A stretch of DNA of 64,000 nucleotides from Acidovorax sp. (GTDB lineage Bacteria > Pseudomonadota > Gammaproteobacteria > Burkholderiales > Burkholderiaceae_C), in assembly GCA_041913505.1 (NCBI GenBank), contig JAYSFC010000002.1, positions 7,859 through 71,858 of the forward strand, read 5' to 3'. The translations under genes and the position numbers were made by a program. Shown in pieces: positions 9,522 through 18,644 of this stretch (within the stretch, counting starts at the first letter, position 1; each line of letters starts with the position of its first letter). The notes under the pieces were generated by a model, which saw nothing but the letters and a program-made list of their open reading frames with translations, did no database searches and was not told the origin of the DNA.

Positions 9522-9950
9522 TCAGTTGTTCCCTTGCTTCACGGACAGGCCCACGCGCTGCACGCCGGCGCGCTGTAGCGCGTCCATGGCCTTCACGACG
9601 GTTTCATAGGACACGGTCTTTTCCGCGGCGATGATCACGGCGGACTCGTCGGGCTGCGCCTTCTGCCAACTCAGCGCCGCATCGCCGATCTCGCGCGCCG
9701 TGAGGGTGCGCTCGGCGTCCTTGGTCTTGAAGCGCAGCGAGCCGTCCTTGGCGACGATCACCGAAGCGAAGGACTTGGGCTGGTTCTTGCTCTTGCCCAC
9801 GCTGGGCACGTCGATGGCGCCCGGCGTGAGCATGGGCGCCGTCACCATGAAGATGATGAGCAGCACCAGCATCACGTCGATGAAGGGCACCATGTTGATC
9901 TCGTTCATCGAACGGCGGCGACTGCCACTGCGGGAGGCCATGGTGGGCAT
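9522..9950 (-). CDS. tolR: Tol-Pal system protein TolR (ExbD/TolR family)
   Basis: ORF 9522..10100(-); the likely start is MPTMASRSG at 9950. It contains the NMVPFIDVMLVLLIIFMVTAP TM motif typical of ExbD/TolR. Confidence 0.9.
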   Translation of the reverse strand: MPTMASRSGSRRRSMNEINMVPFIDVMLVLLIIFMVTAPMLTPGAIDVPSVGKSKNQPKSFASVIVAKDGSLRFKTKDAERTLTAREIGDAALSWQKAQPDESAVIIAAEKTVSYETVVKAMDALQRAGVQRVGLSVKQGNN

Positions 9951-9969
9951 GTAGGGCTCCTTGCGCGGT

Positions 9970-10670
9970 TCAGTGGCCCGAGGGGCTGTGGGCCGGGTGC
10001 GCGCCCAGGTTGCGCTGCAGGATGTTGGAGAACTCCTCGATGAAGGTCTCCTGGTGTGTGGCGACGCGATCGATGTCGCGTGCAAAGCGGTTGTAGGCAA
10101 TCACGGCCGGAATGGCCGCAAACAGGCCGATGGCCGTGGCCACCAGCGCCTCGGCGATGCCGGGCGCCACCGTGGCGAGCGTGATCTGCTCCATGCCCGC
10201 GAAGCCCGTGAACGCGTGCATGATGCCCCACACGGTGCCAAACAGGCCCACGTAGGGGCTGACCGATGCCACCGAGCCGAGGAAGGACAGGCTCGATTCG
10301 ACCACGTCCATTTCGCGCTGGAAGCTCGCGCGCATGGCGCGGCGCGCGCCGTCGAGCAGGGTGCCGGGGTCGCTGATGCGGCGCTCGCGCAGCTTCTGGT
10401 ATTCGCGCATGCCGCTGGCGAAGATGCGTTCCATGGGGCCTGCGTGCTTGGCGTTCTGTGCGGCGCTGGCATACAGGTCGTTGAGGCTGGTGCCCGACCA
10501 GAACTCGCGCTCGAAGTCCTCGTTGAGCGACTTCACGCGCTTGAGCGCGAACAGCTTGCGGAAGATCGCGGCCCAGCTCGCGATCGAGACGCCCACCAGC
10601 AGCAGCATCACGAGCTGCACCACCCAGCTGGCGTGCAGCACAAGGTTGACGATGGACATGTCTTGGGAAT

Positions 10671-10674
<4 letters not shown>
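9970..10674 (-). CDS. tolQ: Tol-Pal system protein TolQ (MotA/TolQ/ExbB proton channel)
   Basis: ORF 9970..10761(-); the likely start is MNSQDMSIV at 10674. It contains SPYVGLFGTVWGIM and APGIAEALVATAIGLFAAIPAVIAYN. Confidence 0.9.
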
Positions 10675-11096
<422 letters not shown>

Positions 11097-11103
11097 GGCC
11101 GCC

Positions 11104-12288
11104 TTACGCCAGCAGGGGTTGGAGGCGTGCCACGGCTTCCTGCAACTGGGCCATGGAGTTGGCGGTGGAAAAACGCACATAGCGCTGCGGGTCGTGCGTG
11201 CCAAAGTCACGCCCAGGGGTCACGGCCAGGTGGGCCTGGCGCATGAGGGCATAGGCCAGATCCCAGCTTCCGTTCACGCCCAGGCGCTCGCAGGCGGCGC
11301 TGCAATCGGCCCAGGCGTAGAAGGCGCCATCGGGCATCACCGGCACCTGCAGGCCCAGGCTTTGCAGCGCGGGGATGAAGTAGTCGCGCCGCGCCTTGAA
11401 TTCGGCGCGGCGGCGTTCGTATTCGGCCAGGCTCTCGGCTTCGAAGCAGGCCAGCGCTGCGTGCTGCGCGATGGTGCTGGGGCAGATGAACAGGTTTTGC
11501 GCCAGGCGCTCGACCACGGGCACCAGTGCTTCGGGCACCACCATCCAGCCCAGGCGCCAGCCCGTCATGTTGAAGTACTTGCTGAAGCTGTTGATGCTGA
11601 TGATGTCGTCGTCGATCGCCAGCGCCGTGTGGCCGAACTGTTCTTCGTACGACAGGCCCAGGTAGATTTCGTCGATCAGCGTGATGCCGCCGCGCTCCTG
11701 CACCACGCCGTGGATGCGGCGTAACTCCTCGGGCGCGATCGAGGTGCCCGTGGGGTTGGAGGGCGAGGCCAGCAGCACGCCGCGCGTCTTGGGGCCCCAG
11801 GCGGCGTGCACTTTCTCGGCGCTGAGCTGGAAGCGCTCGGCGGCCGTGGTGGGGATCAGCACCGCCGTGCCCTCGGCGGCGCTCACGAAATGCCGGTTGC
11901 AGGGGTAGCTGGGGTCGGGCATCAAGACCTCGTCGCCCGCGTCGATCAAGGCCAGGCAGGCCAGCTGCAACGCGGCCGAGGCGCCCGCCGTGATGGCGAT
12001 GCGCCGCGCCGGCACCTGCACGCCAAAGCGCTGCGCGTACCAGTCGCTGATGCGCTCGCGCAGCGGCGCAATGCCCAGCGCCTGGGTGTACTGTGTGGCG
12101 CCATCGCGCACGGCCTTGGCTGCAGCCTCCTGCACCAGGGGCGGGGCGGTGAAGTCGGGTTCGCCAATGTTCAGGAAGATCATGGGCGAACTGCTGCCCG
12201 CCACTTCGGCCGCCAGGGCCTGGGCGGCCTTGGCGATCTCCATCACATAAAACGGTTCGATGCGCGCAGCGCGGGTGGATGTCTTCAT
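11104..12288 (-). CDS. Pyridoxal-phosphate-dependent aminotransferase, class I/II (aspartate/aromatic type)
   Basis: 394-aa ORF with ASPSNPTG and SFSKYFNMTGWRLGW (PLP-lysine motif). Confidence 0.85.
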   Translation of the reverse strand: MKTSTRAARIEPFYVMEIAKAAQALAAEVAGSSSPMIFLNIGEPDFTAPPLVQEAAAKAVRDGATQYTQALGIAPLRERISDWYAQRFGVQVPARRIAITAGASAALQLACLALIDAGDEVLMPDPSYPCNRHFVSAAEGTAVLIPTTAAERFQLSAEKVHAAWGPKTRGVLLASPSNPTGTSIAPEELRRIHGVVQERGGITLIDEIYLGLSYEEQFGHTALAIDDDIISINSFSKYFNMTGWRLGWMVVPEALVPVVERLAQNLFICPSTIAQHAALACFEAESLAEYERRRAEFKARRDYFIPALQSLGLQVPVMPDGAFYAWADCSAACERLGVNGSWDLAYALMRQAHLAVTPGRDFGTHDPQRYVRFSTANSMAQLQEAVARLQPLLA

Positions 12289-12375
12289 GGCAGGGGCCGC
12301 GCCAGCGGCGGCGGAGTCTGGGGTGACGACCAGGGCGCCGGGGGCGAGATGGCGCTTCAGTCAGGCGTGGGGGCG

Positions 12376-12888
12376 TTACTTGCGGTTGGCGGAATCGGCC
12401 TGCACCTCGTCGGGCCGCAGCTTGGGTGCCAGGCTGCCGAGCACGCCGTTGACGTACTTGTGTCCGTCGGTGCCGCCAAACTCCTTGGCCAGTTCGATGC
12501 ACTCGTTGAGCACCACGCGCCAGGGCACGTCCAGGCAGTGCTGGAATTCGTAGGCGCCTATCCACATCACGGCGTGCTCGATGGGCGAGATTTCGGCCAG
12601 TGGGCGGTCCAGCAGCGGGGCGATCAGGCCGTCCAGGTCGGCGGCGCTGGCGATGCAGCCGTGCAGCAGGGCGTCGTAGTGCGCGGTGTCGGCCTTGTGA
12701 AAGCCCGAGAGGTCGCGCGTGAACAGGTCGATGGCCGCGGCCTCGTTGCGCCCGACCAGGTGCTGGTACAGCCCCTGCAGCGCAAACTCGCGTGCGCGCG
12801 TGCGGCCCGGCTTGCTCGACGCCTTGCGCGCGCCCGTGCGCGTGCGGCCCGGGACGCGGGGCTGTGCGGGAGGCGGGGTGGTGCTCAT
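12376..12888 (-). CDS. nusB: Transcription antitermination factor NusB
   Basis: 170-aa ORF with [33 protein letters not shown] and [15 protein letters not shown]. It sits in the classic position after ribH, with a 4-nt overlap. Confidence 0.9.
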   Translation of the reverse strand: MSTTPPPAQPRVPGRTRTGARKASSKPGRTRAREFALQGLYQHLVGRNEAAAIDLFTRDLSGFHKADTAHYDALLHGCIASAADLDGLIAPLLDRPLAEISPIEHAVMWIGAYEFQHCLDVPWRVVLNECIELAKEFGGTDGHKYVNGVLGSLAPKLRPDEVQADSANRK

Positions 12889-13349
12889 GACAGCGCGTCC
12901 AGCAGGTTGGCCATTTCCACGGCGACATGGGCGGCGTCGCGCCCCTTCTCGGTCTGGCGCGCAATCGCCTGTTCCAGGTTTTCCGTCGTCAGGATGGCGT
13001 TGGCCACGGGCAGGTGGTAGTCGAGGGCCACGCGCGAGACGCCGGCGCCCGACTCGTTGGCCACGAGCTCGAAGTGGTAGGTCTCGCCGCGGATGATGCA
13101 GCCCAGGGCCACGAGCGCGTCGTACTTGTCGCTCTCGGCCATGGCCTGCAAGGCCACGGACACTTCGAGCGCGCCGGGCACGAATACATGGTCAATGTGC
13201 TTGTCCTGCACGCCGAGCGCGAGCAGCTCTTCGCGGCAGGCCGCCGCGAGCGCGTTGGTGATGCTTTCGTTGAAGCGGGCCTGGACGATGCCGATGTGCA
13301 GCTTCTTGCCGCCCTGCTTGTCCGCCGTTCCTTTTTCTGCGCCAAACAT
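12885..13349 (-). CDS. ribH: 6,7-dimethyl-8-ribityllumazine synthase
   Basis: This is the C-terminal 154 aa of the artefactually long ORF 12885..14570(-), starting at MFGAEKG (ATG at 13349). It contains [33 protein letters not shown] and GVSRVAL. Confidence 0.9.
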   Translation of the reverse strand: MFGAEKGTADKQGGKKLHIGIVQARFNESITNALAAACREELLALGVQDKHIDHVFVPGALEVSVALQAMAESDKYDALVALGCIIRGETYHFELVANESGAGVSRVALDYHLPVANAILTTENLEQAIARQTEKGRDAAHVAVEMANLLDALS

Positions 13350-13351
13350 GG

Positions 13352-14473
13352 TTATTCCTTCGGGATATAGCCGGTGATCTCGAGCCCGTAGCCCGCCATG
13401 CTGGGCAGGCGGCGCGGCTGGCCCATGAGCTGCATCTTCTGCACGCCGCATTCGCGCAGGATCTGCGCGCCCACGCCGTAGGTGCGCAGGTCCATGCGGC
13501 CGCGCTCGGGCGCCTGCGCCGAGCGGGCCTTGCCCTCGAACTGTTCGAGCAGCTGCTCGGCGCTTTCGCCGCAGTTGAGCAGTACGGCCACGCCCTTGCC
13601 CTGGCGGGCGATGTACTGCAGGCTGGTGTCCAGGCCCCACGAGTGCATGGAGCGGTTGACCTCGAGCGCGTCGAACACCGACAGGGGCTCGTGCACGCGC
13701 ACGGGCACAGTGTCCTGCGCGCTCCAGGTGCCCTTGACGAGGGCCAGGTGCACGCTGTTGCTCGGCGCGTCGCGGAACGCGTGGGCCGTGAATTCGCCAA
13801 AGGCCGTGACGAGCGGGCGGCTGCCCACCCGCGTGACCAGCGACTCGTTGCGGCTGCGGTATTCGATGAGGTCGGCGATGGTGCCGATCTTGATGCCGTG
13901 CTCGGCTGCGAAGAGCTGCAGGTCGGGCAGGCGCGCCATGGTGCCGTCGTCCTTCATGACTTCGCAGATCACGGCAGCGGGGCTGCAGCCGGCCATGCCG
14001 GCGAGGTCGCAGCCGGCCTCGGTGTGGCCCGCGCGCATGAGCACGCCGCCATCCACGGCCTGCAGCGGGAAGATGTGGCCGGGCTGCACGAGGTCGCTGG
14101 CCTGGGCGTTCGGCGCCACGGCGGCGGCCACGGTGCGCGCGCGGTCGGCGGCGGAGATGCCCGTGGTCACGCCCTCGGCGGCCTCGATCGACACGGTGAA
14201 GGCCGTGCCCATCTTGGTGCCGTTGCGCGCCACCATGGGCGGCAGCGAGAGGCGCTCGCAGCGCTCGCGCGTGAGCGTGAGGCAGATCAGGCCGCGGCCG
14301 AAGCGCGCCATGAAGTTGATGGCCTCGGGGGTCACATGGTCGGCGGCGAGCACCAGGTCGCCTTCGTTTTCGCGGTCTTCCTCGTCCACGAGGATGACGA
14401 TGCGCCCGGCGCGCATCTCGGCCACGATGTCTTCCACCGGCGAGACGGGCACGGGGGTGAGGGGGGTAGTCAT
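13352..14473 (-). CDS. ribBA: 3,4-dihydroxy-2-butanone-4-phosphate synthase fused to a GTP cyclohydrolase II-like domain (RibBA architecture). The GCHII zinc-Cys ligands appear absent, which is RibBX-like.
   Basis: In-frame part of ORF 13352..14941(-), starting at MTTPLTPVP (ATG at 14473). The N-terminal half has [12 protein letters not shown] and RAGHTEAG. The C-terminal half aligns to RibA, but the HSECLTGD...CDC segment reads [20 protein letters not shown] and contains no Cys. Confidence 0.85.
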   Translation of the reverse strand: MTTPLTPVPVSPVEDIVAEMRAGRIVILVDEEDRENEGDLVLAADHVTPEAINFMARFGRGLICLTLTRERCERLSLPPMVARNGTKMGTAFTVSIEAAEGVTTGISAADRARTVAAAVAPNAQASDLVQPGHIFPLQAVDGGVLMRAGHTEAGCDLAGMAGCSPAAVICEVMKDDGTMARLPDLQLFAAEHGIKIGTIADLIEYRSRNESLVTRVGSRPLVTAFGEFTAHAFRDAPSNSVHLALVKGTWSAQDTVPVRVHEPLSVFDALEVNRSMHSWGLDTSLQYIARQGKGVAVLLNCGESAEQLLEQFEGKARSAQAPERGRMDLRTYGVGAQILRECGVQKMQLMGQPRRLPSMAGYGLEITGYIPKE

Positions 14474-14708
14474 GGAGGGCTTTCGTTGGGGGCCGTGTCT
14501 GGCGGTCAGGGGCAGCGCAGGTTCCTGATGGCCGACGGGCTGAGCGCCCGGCGGGCGCCCCAAAGAACATGCGATGCGGCGCGGCCGCACGGTGAAAGCG
14601 TGCCCGGTGGGGGATGCGCTCTCGAAGCGGCCGATTTTAGTCCAGCCTGCGGCGCTGCGGTGCAAACAGGGGCTTGGCTCCTGCGGCTGGAGTGCACGCG
14701 GGCGCCGC

Positions 14709-15002
14709 TCAGATGGCGCTGCCCTGCAGCACCACGTCGGACTCGGGGTAGGCCACGCAGGGCAGCACGCAGCCCTCGGCCTTCTCCTCGGCCGTGAGGC
14801 CGGGCCACTCGATCTCGTAGCGCACGCGGCCCTGTGCGAGGTGGCCGATGCAGGTGCGGCAGGTGCCGTTGCGGCAGGAACTGGGCCAGTCGATACCGCC
14901 CTGTTCGATGGAGTGCAGCAGGGGCTGGTCGGGCCAGGCATCGCACTGCAGGCCGTCGGGCTCGATGCGGGCGGTGAAGAAGGGGGCGGAAGGCTGGTTC
15001 AT
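14709..15002 (-). CDS. 2Fe-2S ferredoxin (plant-type Cx4Cx2C...C)
   Basis: ORF 14709..15047(-); the likely start is MNQPSAPFF at 15002. It contains SCRNGTCRTC ... LPCV. The start overlaps the stop of the upstream DUF938 gene (ATGA). Confidence 0.75.
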   Translation of the reverse strand: MNQPSAPFFTARIEPDGLQCDAWPDQPLLHSIEQGGIDWPSSCRNGTCRTCIGHLAQGRVRYEIEWPGLTAEEKAEGCVLPCVAYPESDVVLQGSAI

Positions 15003-15655
15003 GGGTTGGATAGAAGCGAAGGGGCAGCGGGCGTGGCGCGGGTCCACACCAGCAGCAGGTTGTTGGCGGGCAGGGCGTGGCGTGCGGCCAGGCGCAGCCC
15101 GGCGTCCGCGGCGGCTTGGGCCACGTCCGCGAGGCGGCGGATGCCCCAGTCCGGGTCCTGGGCGCGCAGGCTGGCGTCGAACGCGAGGTTGCCGGGGGCG
15201 GTGGGCACGCCGTCCTCAAGGTAAGGGCCGTAGGTGACGAGCACTCCGCCCGGCGCCAGGTGGCGCGCTGCGCCCTGCATCAGGCCTGCGCAGCAGGCCC
15301 AGGGCGCGATGTGCAGCATGTTGGCGCAGTAAACCAGGTCGAACGGCGCGGCGAAGTCCGGGCCGTCGGCGGGCCAGTCGGCAGCCCGCACGTCGAGCCG
15401 CAGGGGCGGCAGCACGTTGCGCGCGCCCGCCTGGGCTGCCCAGCCGGCGATGGCACCGAAGTGATGGTCGTCCAGATCGGTGGGTTGCCAGGTCCAGCCG
15501 GGCAGGGCCGCAGCGAAGTGCGCGGCATGCTGGCCCGTGCCGCTGGCGATCTCGAGCGCAGCCCCCTGGAGCGGCAGCAAGGCCTGCAGCACCGCGAGGA
15601 TGGGCGCCTGGTTGCGCTCGGCGGCGGCGCTGTGGGCGAGCGGCGGATGGATCAT
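14999..15655 (-). CDS. DUF938-family class I SAM-dependent methyltransferase-like protein
   Basis: 218-aa ORF with ERNQAPILAVL, LEIASGTGQHAAHFA, WQPTD and CANMLHIAPW, which is the typical DUF938 pattern. Confidence 0.7.
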   Translation of the reverse strand: MIHPPLAHSAAAERNQAPILAVLQALLPLQGAALEIASGTGQHAAHFAAALPGWTWQPTDLDDHHFGAIAGWAAQAGARNVLPPLRLDVRAADWPADGPDFAAPFDLVYCANMLHIAPWACCAGLMQGAARHLAPGGVLVTYGPYLEDGVPTAPGNLAFDASLRAQDPDWGIRRLADVAQAAADAGLRLAARHALPANNLLLVWTRATPAAPSLLSNP

Positions 15656-15660
15656 GAAAG

Positions 15661-15716
15661 CGTTTGGGGCTTATAGCGCTTGCCCTGCAAGCGTGGGCAG
15701 CTATGAAATAAAGAGC
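15661..15716 (-). repeat. REP-like intergenic element, copy 3 (ATAGCTGC + CGCTTGCAGGGCAAGCG hairpin module)
   Basis: The minus strand reads GCTCTTTATTTCATAGCTGCCCACGCTTGCAGGGCAAGCGCTATAAGCCCCAAACG. It shares ATAGCTGC..AAGCG with the 59767-59822 copy and CGCTTGCAGG...CGCTATnAG with the 58319-58362 copy. Confidence 0.4.
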
Positions 15717-15993
15717 ATTTGGGGCAGCAGGATGGGGCGTGGCTGCCTTGTTTTTCAGCAATGCAAGGATATTCTTTGCGAATCAATGACTTAGCGTGGC
15801 CATACAGGGCTTGTCCAAAGTTGTCCACAAGATTGTCCCGTGCGGGGCGGGATAACCTGGTTCCGAAAGCTCCTCGCGGGAGCATTCACGCCATTGCGCA
15901 TGTACCCGGCCACCGGCGCCTATTTTTTGGGCAATCCAAGGATATGCCTTGCCAATCAAGCACTTAGCATCGTCATACAGAACTTGTTCAAGG

Positions 15994-16002
15994 TTATCCA
16001 CA
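15994..16002 (+). promoter_or_regulatory. Perfect E. coli-consensus DnaA box TTATCCACA (repeat unit 2)
   Basis: Exact 9-mer read in the sequence. It is flanked 2 nt later by TTGTCCAGT and about 20 nt later by the inverted GGGATAACC. Confidence 0.5.
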
Positions 16003-16128
16003 TGATTGTCCAGTACGGACAGGGATAACCGGGACAAGGTGTAGCCAGTGTTGCCTAAAAAATGGGCAGTTTGATGCTTTTCTTTGTGAATCAAGCACTT
16101 GCCTGCGCCATACAGGACTTGCCCACGG

Positions 16129-16137
16129 TTATCCACA
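16129..16137 (+). promoter_or_regulatory. Perfect E. coli-consensus DnaA box TTATCCACA (repeat unit 3)
   Basis: Exact 9-mer at the same relative position as in unit 2. Unit 1 has TTGTCCACA at 15821-15829 and TTGTCCAAA at 15811-15819. Confidence 0.5.
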
Positions 16138-16187
16138 CAATTGTCCAGTGCCGTACGGGATAACCCGGAGCAGCCTCGCCGTGCGCG

Positions 16188-16469
16188 TCAGGCCTCGACC
16201 TTCACGCCCTTCCAGAACGCCACGCGGCCCCGGATGGACTCGGCCTCGGGCTTGGGGTCGGCGTAGGTCCAGGCGGCCTCGGGGTTGAGTTCGCCGTTGA
16301 CGAGCAGGGACAGGTAGGTGGCCTGGCCCTTCCAGGGGCACATGGTCTTGTGGTTGCTGAAGGTGAAGTACTCACGCTTGAGCGCGCTTTCGGGGAAGTA
16401 GTGGTTCCCTTCGACCAGGACGGTGTCGTCGCTCTCGGCGACGACCACGCCGTTCCAGATGGCTTTCAT
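16188..16469 (-). CDS. DUF427 domain-containing protein
   Basis: 93-aa ORF with VVAESDDTVLVEGNHYFP and CPWKGQATYLSL, matching the DUF427 signature CP[WY]KGxAxY. Confidence 0.75.
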   Translation of the reverse strand: MKAIWNGVVVAESDDTVLVEGNHYFPESALKREYFTFSNHKTMCPWKGQATYLSLLVNGELNPEAAWTYADPKPEAESIRGRVAFWKGVKVEA

Positions 16470-16571
16470 CGAATGCTCCTAAGTTCTTGAGGGGTGGCCC
16501 GTACGTTGTGGCGAGGCCACGGGCCCGTGGGGGAGGTTGGCGCTCCCGAGCAAGCCCTACAGAATACCCGC

Positions 16572-17486
16572 ATGACCTCCACACCGCCCGACTACTCGCA
16601 GGGCGCCGCCTACGTTCGCGGCGCCTACGTGCCCATTGGCGAGGCTGCCATCCCGATCACCGACTGGGGCTTTCTGCGCTCCGACGCGACCTACGACGTG
16701 GTCACGGTGTGGGAGGGGGCCTTCTTCCGGCTCGATGCGCACCTGGAGCGCTTTTTCGCGAGCTGCGCGCGCTTCCGGCTCGACCCGGGGCTGTCGGCCG
16801 ACGAGATCGCCGATGTGCTGGCGCATTGCGTGCGCCTGTCGGGACTGCGCAGCGCCTACGTGGAGATGATCGTCACGCGCGGCCAGCCGCCCTGGGGCTC
16901 GCGCGACCCGCGCCAGGCCGTGAACCGCTTCTACGCCTTCGCCGTGCCCTATGTCTGGATCGCCAATGCCGAGCAGCGCGAACGCGGCCTGAACCTCGTG
17001 GTGAGCGACGTGCAGCGCATTCCCGCGGGCAGCGTGGACCCGCGCGCCAAGAACTACCACTGGAACGACCTCACGATGGGCCTGCTGGGCGCGCTCGATG
17101 CCGGCGGCGACACCGTGGTGCTCAGCGATGGCGCGGGGAACGTGGTGGAAGGGCCGGGCTTCAACGTGTTCTGCGTGAACGCGCAGGGCGTGCTGGTCAC
17201 GCCGGCCACCGGGGTGCTCGAAGGCATCACGCGGCGCACCGTGCTGGAGATGGCGCAGGCCCAGGGGCTGCCCTGCGAGCAGCGCGCGCTGCCCGCGGCC
17301 GAACTGCGCGGCGCGCGCGAGGTGTTCCTCTCGACCTCGGGCGGCGGCGTGCTGCCCGTCACGCGCGTGGATGGCGTGCCCGTGGGGCCAGGCGCCGTGG
17401 GGCCGGTCACCCAGCGCATGGTCCGCATGTACTGGGACTGGCACCGCGAGCCGCGCTTTTCGCGCGCCGTGGACTACGGCGCCTGA
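16572..17486 (+). CDS. Fold-type IV PLP aminotransferase (branched-chain / D-amino-acid aminotransferase family)
   Basis: ORF 16494..17486(+); the likely start is MTSTPPDYS at 16572. It contains FLRSDATYDV, VEGPGFNVF, EGITRRTVLE and EVFLSTSGGGVLPV. Confidence 0.8.
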   Translation: MTSTPPDYSQGAAYVRGAYVPIGEAAIPITDWGFLRSDATYDVVTVWEGAFFRLDAHLERFFASCARFRLDPGLSADEIADVLAHCVRLSGLRSAYVEMIVTRGQPPWGSRDPRQAVNRFYAFAVPYVWIANAEQRERGLNLVVSDVQRIPAGSVDPRAKNYHWNDLTMGLLGALDAGGDTVVLSDGAGNVVEGPGFNVFCVNAQGVLVTPATGVLEGITRRTVLEMAQAQGLPCEQRALPAAELRGAREVFLSTSGGGVLPVTRVDGVPVGPGAVGPVTQRMVRMYWDWHREPRFSRAVDYGA

Positions 17487-17589
17487 GCGCCGCCTGCCCA
17501 CCGCTTCCAGTCACCTGCGCAACGCGCCGCCGCCGCGCCTTGCGCTAGAGTGCGCCTCCATTGCATTTACCAAGGAGGCAAGGACAACC

Positions 17590-18501
17590 ATGGCAAGCAT
17601 CGACTTCAAGGGCCGCGTGGCCATCGTGACGGGCGCGGGCGGCGGCCTGGGCCGCCAGCATGCGCTGGCGCTGGCGGCGCGCGGCGCCAAGGTGCTCGTC
17701 AACGACCTGGGCGGCGCGGTGGACGGCAGCGGCGGGTCGGTCTCGGCCGCGCAGGCCGTGGTCGATGAGATCCGCGCGGCGGGCGGCGAGGCGCTGGCCA
17801 ACGGCGCCTCGGTGACCGACTTCGCGGCCGTGCAGGCCATGGTGCAGCAGGCCGTCGACGCCTGGGGCCGCGTGGACATCCTCGTGAACAACGCCGGCAT
17901 CCTGCGCGACAAATCGTTCGCCAAGATGGACATGGCGGACTTCGCCCTCGTGGTCCAGGTCCACCTCATGGGCGCGGCCCACTGCTGCAAGGCCGTGTGG
18001 CCGCACATGGTGGCGCAGAACTACGGGCGCATCGTGATGACGACCTCGTCCACGGGCCTGTACGGCAACTTCGGCCAGGCCAACTACGGCGCGGCCAAGC
18101 TCGCGCAGGTCGGCCTCATGCAGACCCTCGCGATCGAGGGGGCCAAGTACGGCATCCACGTGAACGCCCTGGCCCCCACGGCCGCCACGCGCATGACCGA
18201 GGGCCTGATGCCCGAAGAGGTGCTGGCCGCCCTCAAGCCCGAGGCCGTGGTGCCCGCCATGCTGGTGCTGGCGCACGAGAGCGCCCCCACGCGCACCATC
18301 CTGTGCGCGGGCGCAGGTACGTTCGAGGCGGCCCACATCACGCTGACCCAGGGCATTCACTTGGGGCTGGGCGCCGATGTGCCCGAGCAGCTTGCGGCGC
18401 GCCTGGCCGAGGTCACCGACCGCGCGGGCGAGCAGGTGCCGCAAAGCGGCGCGGCCCAGGGCACGAACGAGGTCGGCAAGGCCCTGGCGGCCCGGCGCTG
18501 A
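17590..18501 (+). CDS. SDR-family oxidoreductase (3-hydroxyacyl-CoA dehydrogenase / MFE-2-like)
   Basis: In-frame part of ORF 17371..18501(+), starting at MASIDFKGRVAIVTGAGGGLG (ATG at 17590). It contains NNAGILRD and NYGAAKLA (YxxxK). Confidence 0.85.
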   Translation: MASIDFKGRVAIVTGAGGGLGRQHALALAARGAKVLVNDLGGAVDGSGGSVSAAQAVVDEIRAAGGEALANGASVTDFAAVQAMVQQAVDAWGRVDILVNNAGILRDKSFAKMDMADFALVVQVHLMGAAHCCKAVWPHMVAQNYGRIVMTTSSTGLYGNFGQANYGAAKLAQVGLMQTLAIEGAKYGIHVNALAPTAATRMTEGLMPEEVLAALKPEAVVPAMLVLAHESAPTRTILCAGAGTFEAAHITLTQGIHLGLGADVPEQLAARLAEVTDRAGEQVPQSGAAQGTNEVGKALAARR

Positions 18502-18644
18502 GGCCTATACAACAAAACACGGCGTTTGCGTGGCGCCGTGTGCCAGTGCCCCGGAAATCGGGCCGGATTGACGCCGTGTCAGGCAATCGGGGCCCCGGCA
18601 TGCTAAGTTCCGACCCCACCAAGAGACGGATCGGCACCGAACAC

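Larger units (their letters stand above)
15745..16168 (+). repeat. Three tandem copies of a ~116-nt unit (87-nt ungapped cores at 15774-15860, 15947-16033 and 16082-16168) carrying DnaA-box-type 9-mers
   Basis: Hand alignment gives 68/87 identities between cores 1 and 2, with no gaps among the three cores. The periods are 173 and 135 nt. Each unit starts after a T/A run and ends in GGGATAACC. No credible ORF is present, and the region is visibly AT-richer than its flanks. Confidence 0.85.

Noticed and set aside
12885-14570. ORFs that appear as single giant proteins: 12885..14570(-), 30244..33483(-), 25983..29231(-) and 22705..24354(-).
   Set aside because: Only the C-terminal parts are real genes (ribH, class I fumarase, the 883-aa hypothetical, the 70-aa membrane peptide). 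The N-terminal extensions overlap other well-supported genes in a different frame and have junk composition.
14474-14708. Possible FMN (RFN) riboswitch in the 235-nt gap upstream of ribBA.
   Set aside because: I compared the minus strand with the conserved RFN core (GGGGUGAAAUUCCCCACCGGCGGU...GAUCCGGU...GCCGACGGU.AAGUCCGGAUG). Only a CCCCCACCGG fragment fits; the other conserved blocks are missing or in the wrong orientation. A cmscan with Rfam RF00050 would settle it, and I expect no hit.
15745-16168. CRISPR array interpretation of the three tandem repeats.
   Set aside because: The repeat units are about 87-116 nt and only about 78 percent identical. The 'spacers' are short and partly homologous, and there are no cas genes in the window. 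This does not fit CRISPR architecture.
15656-16187. Calling the DnaA-box repeat region the chromosomal origin (oriC).
   Set aside because: There is no adjacent dnaA, dnaN, gidA or rpmH context, no clear 13-mer-type AT-rich unwinding repeats, and I cannot compute genome-wide GC skew from one window. I kept it as a hypothesis inside the finding, not as a feature call.
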